In this document: positions 60,204 through 64,000 of the stretch, in pieces
Layout of the letters: the number at the start of each line of letters is the position of its first letter
How positions within the stretch are numbered: the first letter of the stretch is position 1
Origin: an uncultured Clostridia bacterium
GTDB lineage: Bacteria; Bacillota; Clostridia; Oscillospirales; CAG-382
Length of the DNA: 64,000 nucleotides
Assembly: GCA_947626805.1 (NCBI GenBank)
Contig: CANQTR010000001.1
Location: 11,579 to 75,578, forward strand
Reading direction: 5' to 3'
The notes under the pieces: model-generated
What the model saw: only the letters and a program-made list of their open reading frames with translations
Databases searched by the model: none
Told to the model about the DNA's origin: nothing
Made by a program: the position numbers and the translations under genes

Positions 60204-61334
60204 ATGAAAAAAACGATTGCACTCATTTTATGTTTTGTGCTGGTTCTCGGTCTTGCCGCCTGCGGGCAGACCGGCGAGAGTGAAACGTCCAGTACGCATC
60301 ATTCCTACAACGTTACGGACGTGACTTCCGATTCCGCCGGAGACTCTTCGGGTAGCGAACAGAATCCGAGCGGCGGCGAAGTCACGTCAAGCGACACATC
60401 AAGCGGCACGTCGAGCGAGACACCGAGCGACACATCAAGTGATACGCCAAGCGATACGCCGAGTGAAAACGCTTCCACCGTCTACATGACCACCGACATT
60501 TCCCCGGAGGGGCTGATGAAGGTCTACGAGGCGCTGGGCGTGAAACTGACCGGCGACAACATCGCGGTGAAGCTCTCGACCGGCGAACCACCCGCGTCGA
60601 ACTACCTCGACCCCGACCTGATTCGCGACGTGGTGGAGGAAGCGAACGGTACCATCGTCGAGTGCAACACCGCCTACGGCGGCTCCCGCTCTGAAACCGC
60701 CATGCACTACCAGGTGGCAAAGGATCACGGATTTACCGAGCTCGGCAAGGGCTTCGTCATCATGGACGAGGACGGCTCGATGTCGCTTCCTGTGAACGGC
60801 GGCAACCGGCTGGCGGAAAACCTTGTCGGCGCACACTTCGGGGATTTCGACGGCTTCCTCGTGCTGTCCCACTTCAAGGGGCACGCCATGGCGGGCTTCG
60901 GCGGAGCGATCAAGAATATTTCCATCGGCATCGGCTCCAGAGAAGGCAAATGCCTGATCCACACGGCGGGACGCAGTCACACCAGCCCGTGGGGCGGCGA
61001 CCAGGACGCCTTCCTCGAATCCATGGCGGATGCCGGAAAATCGGTCGTGGACGCGCTGGACGGAAACATTCTCTTTATCAACGTAATGAATCGCCTATCC
61101 ATCGACTGCGACTGCGACGGCAATCCTGCCGAGCCGGACATCCACGACATCGGGATTTTGGCGTCCACCGACCCCGTGGCGCTGGATCAGGCATGCGTCG
61201 ATCTGATCTACAAAGCGGAGGGCAACGAAAGTTTCGTCCGCCGCATGGAAGGTCAACACGCCGAGCACGTTTTGGAAGCGGGCGAGCAGATCGGGCTCGG
61301 CAACCGTACCTATCGGCTGGAAAGCGTCGATTGA
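60204..61334 (+). CDS. DUF362-domain lipoprotein with Ser/Thr-rich linker
   Basis: Lipobox LVLGLAACGQ. DUF362-like block ECNTAYGGSR...HFKGHAMAGFGGAIKNISIGIGS...CDCDGNP. Confidence 0.7.
   Translation: MKKTIALILCFVLVLGLAACGQTGESETSSTHHSYNVTDVTSDSAGDSSGSEQNPSGGEVTSSDTSSGTSSETPSDTSSDTPSDTPSENASTVYMTTDISPEGLMKVYEALGVKLTGDNIAVKLSTGEPPASNYLDPDLIRDVVEEANGTIVECNTAYGGSRSETAMHYQVAKDHGFTELGKGFVIMDEDGSMSLPVNGGNRLAENLVGAHFGDFDGFLVLSHFKGHAMAGFGGAIKNISIGIGSREGKCLIHTAGRSHTSPWGGDQDAFLESMADAGKSVVDALDGNILFINVMNRLSIDCDCDGNPAEPDIHDIGILASTDPVALDQACVDLIYKAEGNESFVRRMEGQHAEHVLEAGEQIGLGNRTYRLESVD
60384..60467 (+). repeat. seven tandem 12-bp units (T[SP]S[DGE] tetrapeptides) inside the DUF362 gene
   Basis: ACGTCAAGCGAC ACATCAAGCGGC ACGTCGAGCGAG ACACCGAGCGAC ACATCAAGTGAT ACGCCAAGCGAT ACGCCGAGTGAA. 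Confidence 0.8.
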
Positions 61335-61424
61335 GAAACGTTCAGGGAAAGGAGATGATCGGTCATGGAATAGATTTGGGAAGTCATTCAGCGGGAATTT
61401 GTCTACGTCTGGTACTACTTTACC

Positions 61425-62279
61425 GTGCAATTGCGGCAGATCGCCCTCTATTACGTCCTGGGGATCGTCCTCGGCTCGGTCATCTCGGTATTCGTCAAGG
61501 ATAAAATCCACGAACTTTTCCGCAGCATGGGCGACAGGAAGCTGGGCGTCCTCGGCGTCATTCCGGCGAGCATCCTTGGCATCGCGTCGCCGCTCTGCAT
61601 GTACGGGACGATCCCGCTTGCGGCTTCCTTCTCGAAAAGCGGCATCCGGGACGACTGGCTGGCGGCGTTTATGATGAGTTCCATCCTCCTGAACCCGCAA
61701 CTGATCATTTACAGCACGGCGCTCGGACCCGTCGCGCTGACGGTGCGAATCGTTTCCTGCTTTGTCTGCGGCTGTGCGGCAGGGATTCTGATCCGGGTGT
61801 TTTACAAAGACAAACCGTTCTTCAATTTCACCGGCTTTGAACCGAAAGCGAGTCACGACACCGATCCGAATCTGTTTTTGCGGCTTCTGAAAAACATCGG
61901 GCGGAACATCAAGGCGACCGGGCTTTGGTTCCTTGTAGGCGTCCTGCTTTCCGCTCTGTTCCAGCGGTACGTCCCGGCGGACAAGTTCGCGGCTCTGTTC
62001 GGGGAAGCAAACGAGGGGTTCGGCGTCCTGATGGCGGCGACGATTGGAGTTCCTCTTTACGCCTGCGGCGGTGGGACGATCCCGCTGATTCGGGAATGGC
62101 TGTATTCCGGCATGAGCATGGGAAGCGCTTCGGCGTTCATGCTCACGGGACCCTCCACGAAGATCACCAACCTCGGCGCACTCAAGATCGTCTTAGGTGT
62201 AAAGCGGTTTCTGCTCTATCTCGCGTTTGTCATGCTGTTCTCGTTGGCGACCGGACTTGTCGTCAACCTTATAACTTAA
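61425..62279 (+). CDS. DUF318/ArsP-like permease
   Basis: Duplicated motif ASPLCMYGTIPL / GVPLYACGGGTIPL, with eight or so TM helices. The family-typical N-terminus (VIQREFVYVWYYFT) is in frame upstream of GTG 61425 back to a TAG at 61371-61373, so the true start is uncertain. Confidence 0.7.
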   Translation: MQLRQIALYYVLGIVLGSVISVFVKDKIHELFRSMGDRKLGVLGVIPASILGIASPLCMYGTIPLAASFSKSGIRDDWLAAFMMSSILLNPQLIIYSTALGPVALTVRIVSCFVCGCAAGILIRVFYKDKPFFNFTGFEPKASHDTDPNLFLRLLKNIGRNIKATGLWFLVGVLLSALFQRYVPADKFAALFGEANEGFGVLMAATIGVPLYACGGGTIPLIREWLYSGMSMGSASAFMLTGPSTKITNLGALKIVLGVKRFLLYLAFVMLFSLATGLVVNLIT

Positions 62280-62362
62280 GGTTTTGACAAATCAACCAAT
62301 CGAGACTTCTCTGTTTCTCAAAACGGATTTATAATGAAAGTATCAAAAGAAAAGGAGATTTG

Positions 62363-62932
62363 ATGATGTCTACCATGGTAAAAACGATATCCAAACCTCG
62401 TCTGTCGGTAAAGGTACAGACGCTCGCAACACTCTTGGCTGTCGTTGGAGCGGTCGCCGTTCCGCAGATTTTCCACCTGCTCGGCGCGGTGTCGGGGCTG
62501 GGAACGACGCTCGGCGAAGCGTTCCTGCCGATGCACTTGCCGATTCTGCTGGTAGGGCTTCTGGCAGGTCCGTATGCGGGAGCCATTTCGGGGTTGCTCG
62601 GTCCGCTTTGCAGCTTCGCGCTTTCCGGAATGCCGGGCGCTGTGATGCTGCCCTTCATGATGATCGAGCTTTGCGTCTACGGCCTTGCGGCGGGACTGTT
62701 GCGGAATATCAAACTGCCGACCATAGGAAAAGTCGTGGCAGCACAGATCGCCGGACGTGCCGTGCGTGCGGTCTCCATTCTGCTTGCGGTCTATGCATTT
62801 GGAAACGGTCAAATCGCCGTTTCGACGATCTGGACAAGTATCGCGACCGGGCTGTTCGGGCTTGTCCTGCAATGGGCGCTTCTTCCGCTGATTGTCTATC
62901 GCGTGGAGAATTTGAAGAAAAATGAAAAGTGA
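62363..62932 (+). CDS. ECF-transporter S-component-like membrane protein
   Basis: About 190 aa with six hydrophobic helices and an AAAGGAGA SD. The family assignment is tentative. Confidence 0.55.
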   Translation: MMSTMVKTISKPRLSVKVQTLATLLAVVGAVAVPQIFHLLGAVSGLGTTLGEAFLPMHLPILLVGLLAGPYAGAISGLLGPLCSFALSGMPGAVMLPFMMIELCVYGLAAGLLRNIKLPTIGKVVAAQIAGRAVRAVSILLAVYAFGNGQIAVSTIWTSIATGLFGLVLQWALLPLIVYRVENLKKNEK

Positions 62933-63371
62933 TTTAGAGCAGGCAGTCGAATTATTGAAAGAAACCAAGTCCACCTGCGTTCTGTGCAAAGACGGACAAA
63001 TCCACATCAGCACGGAACGCGGGGTCAAGCCGCTGTTCGCTTTTGTCGAGAGCGGGCGGGATTATCGAGGCTTTTCCGCGGCGGATAAGATCGTCGGCAA
63101 AGCGGCGGATCTGCTTTACGTCCTGCTTGGCGTTCATACGGTCTTTGCGGAAGTGATGAGCGAGGACGGGATCTATACGCTCGCCCGGCATGGAATCACG
63201 CCGCTATGCGACAACTCCGTCAAAGAGATTCGCAACCGTGTGGGCACGGGAATCTGTCCCCTGGAAGAAGCGGTAGCGGAAATCGACGCTCCCGATGAAG
63301 GAATCAAAGCAATCCAAAAGAAACTGTCCGCCATGCAAGAAATCCATAAAAAGGAAGGAAATCCATCATGA
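62922..63371 (+). CDS. DUF1893-domain protein
   Basis: TCVLCKDGQIHISTERGVKPLF, AADKIVGKAADLL, and IRNRVGTGICPLEEAV match the DUF1893 pattern. Confidence 0.7.
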   Translation: MKSDLEQAVELLKETKSTCVLCKDGQIHISTERGVKPLFAFVESGRDYRGFSAADKIVGKAADLLYVLLGVHTVFAEVMSEDGIYTLARHGITPLCDNSVKEIRNRVGTGICPLEEAVAEIDAPDEGIKAIQKKLSAMQEIHKKEGNPS

Positions 63372-64000
63372 AAAAAATTTTAATTGCATTATTCAGTATG
63401 ATTCTTCTTGTTTCGCTTGTCGCCTGCGGTTCCACGGGCACGGGGGAAAACGCAAACGGATCGGAATCCGGGAATAACGCATCCACAGCGCCGGAATCGA
63501 ACGGAAACGGTTCCTCACAGACAAATACGGATGCTTCGTCAAACGAATCTTCCGAAAGCACCGGTGAAGATTCCTCCGATTCGTCCGAACCGACCGGCGG
63601 GAAAACGCTTGTCGTGTACTACTCCGCGACCAACAATACCGAGGCGATTGCCGGGTACATCGCGGAAGCCACGGGCGGCGACCTCTTTGAGATCACGCCG
63701 ACGGAACCGTACACTTCCGACGACCTGAACTGGACGAACCCGGACAGCCGCGTATCCAAAGAACACGACGATGAATCCTTGCGGAATGTGGAACTGACGA
63801 CCACGACCGTGGAAAACTGGGAGGAATACGACACCGTGTTTATCGGCTACCCCATCTGGTGGGGCATCGCCGCTTGGCCGACCGACACCTTCGTGAAAGC
63901 CAATGATTTCACCGGGAAAACCGTCATTCCGTTCTGCACGTCCTCTTCGTCCGGTCTGGGACAGAGCGGAGAGCTCCTCAAAGCGGAAGCCAACGGCGGC
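63368..64000 (+). CDS. flavodoxin-like lipoprotein (3' end beyond the window)
   Basis: ATGA overlap with the upstream stop. MKKILIALFSMILLVSLVACGS lipobox and a Ser/Asn-rich linker. Then LVVYYSATNNTEAIAGYIAEATGG and FIGYPIWWGIAAWP...GKTVIPFCTSSSSG. Open to the window end. Confidence 0.8.
   Translation, partial: MKKILIALFSMILLVSLVACGSTGTGENANGSESGNNASTAPESNGNGSSQTNTDASSNESSESTGEDSSDSSEPTGGKTLVVYYSATNNTEAIAGYIAEATGGDLFEITPTEPYTSDDLNWTNPDSRVSKEHDDESLRNVELTTTTVENWEEYDTVFIGYPIWWGIAAWPTDTFVKANDFTGKTVIPFCTSSSSGLGQSGELLKAEANGG

Noticed and set aside
1-64000. CRISPR arrays, tRNA, rRNA, tmRNA.
   Set aside because: Scanning by eye found no regularly spaced 25-40-bp direct repeats and no GGTTCGAATCC-type T-arm embedded in a cloverleaf context. 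GGTTCAATCCCC at about 46497 lacks complementary stems. An automated tRNAscan/CRISPR scan would be needed to exclude them formally.

Overview
High-GC (about 60%) Firmicutes/Clostridia-like chromosomal window; the taxon is inferred from gene content: SpoIIE/PP2C, LytTR and NarL two-component systems, an LPxTG-like adhesin, ECF/flavodoxin genes. I saw no rRNA, tRNA or CRISPR array. There are two visibly AT-richer accessory stretches, about 5.0-18.4 kb and about 49.1-59.5 kb. Core content: two paralogous ABC-2 exporter clusters with lipoproteins (0.2-4.4 kb and 23.9-28.8 kb), an AgrC/LytTR-type two-component system, a macrodomain + SirTM pair, a sugar-uptake/glycan cluster (33-38.5 kb), a NarL-type two-component system with a degenerate extra kinase, a 1125-aa vWA/Cna-B surface adhesin, and a Cache-HAMP-SpoIIE phosphatase. 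At the right end is a cluster of membrane-anchored or lipoprotein flavodoxins with DUF362, a permease and DUF1893. The main lead is a tightly packed seven-gene operon at 5958-18382. It encodes a DUF4011 Upf1-like helicase fused to a DUF559-like nuclease, a Ser/Thr kinase, a 430-aa unknown protein, a zinc-ribbon FHA protein, an orphan NrdG-like radical-SAM activase, a ClpB-like AAA+ ATPase and a PP2C phosphatase. I do not recognise this gene set as any named defence system and propose it as a candidate phospho-gated conflict system. Downstream lie a RecQ-like helicase and a translationally coupled ClpP / unknown / soluble VirD4-like ATPase trio, which look like mobile-element remnants. The second accessory stretch holds a decaying JetD (Wadjet) fragment, a standalone vWA protein, and a macro-HTH / unknown / metallophosphoesterase / CoaD-like / NadR-kinase-like(pseudogene) operon. 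It also holds a CAP-domain surface protein, LysR, GNAT and an IS1182-family transposase remnant. All functional calls come from motifs read by eye; no database search was possible.
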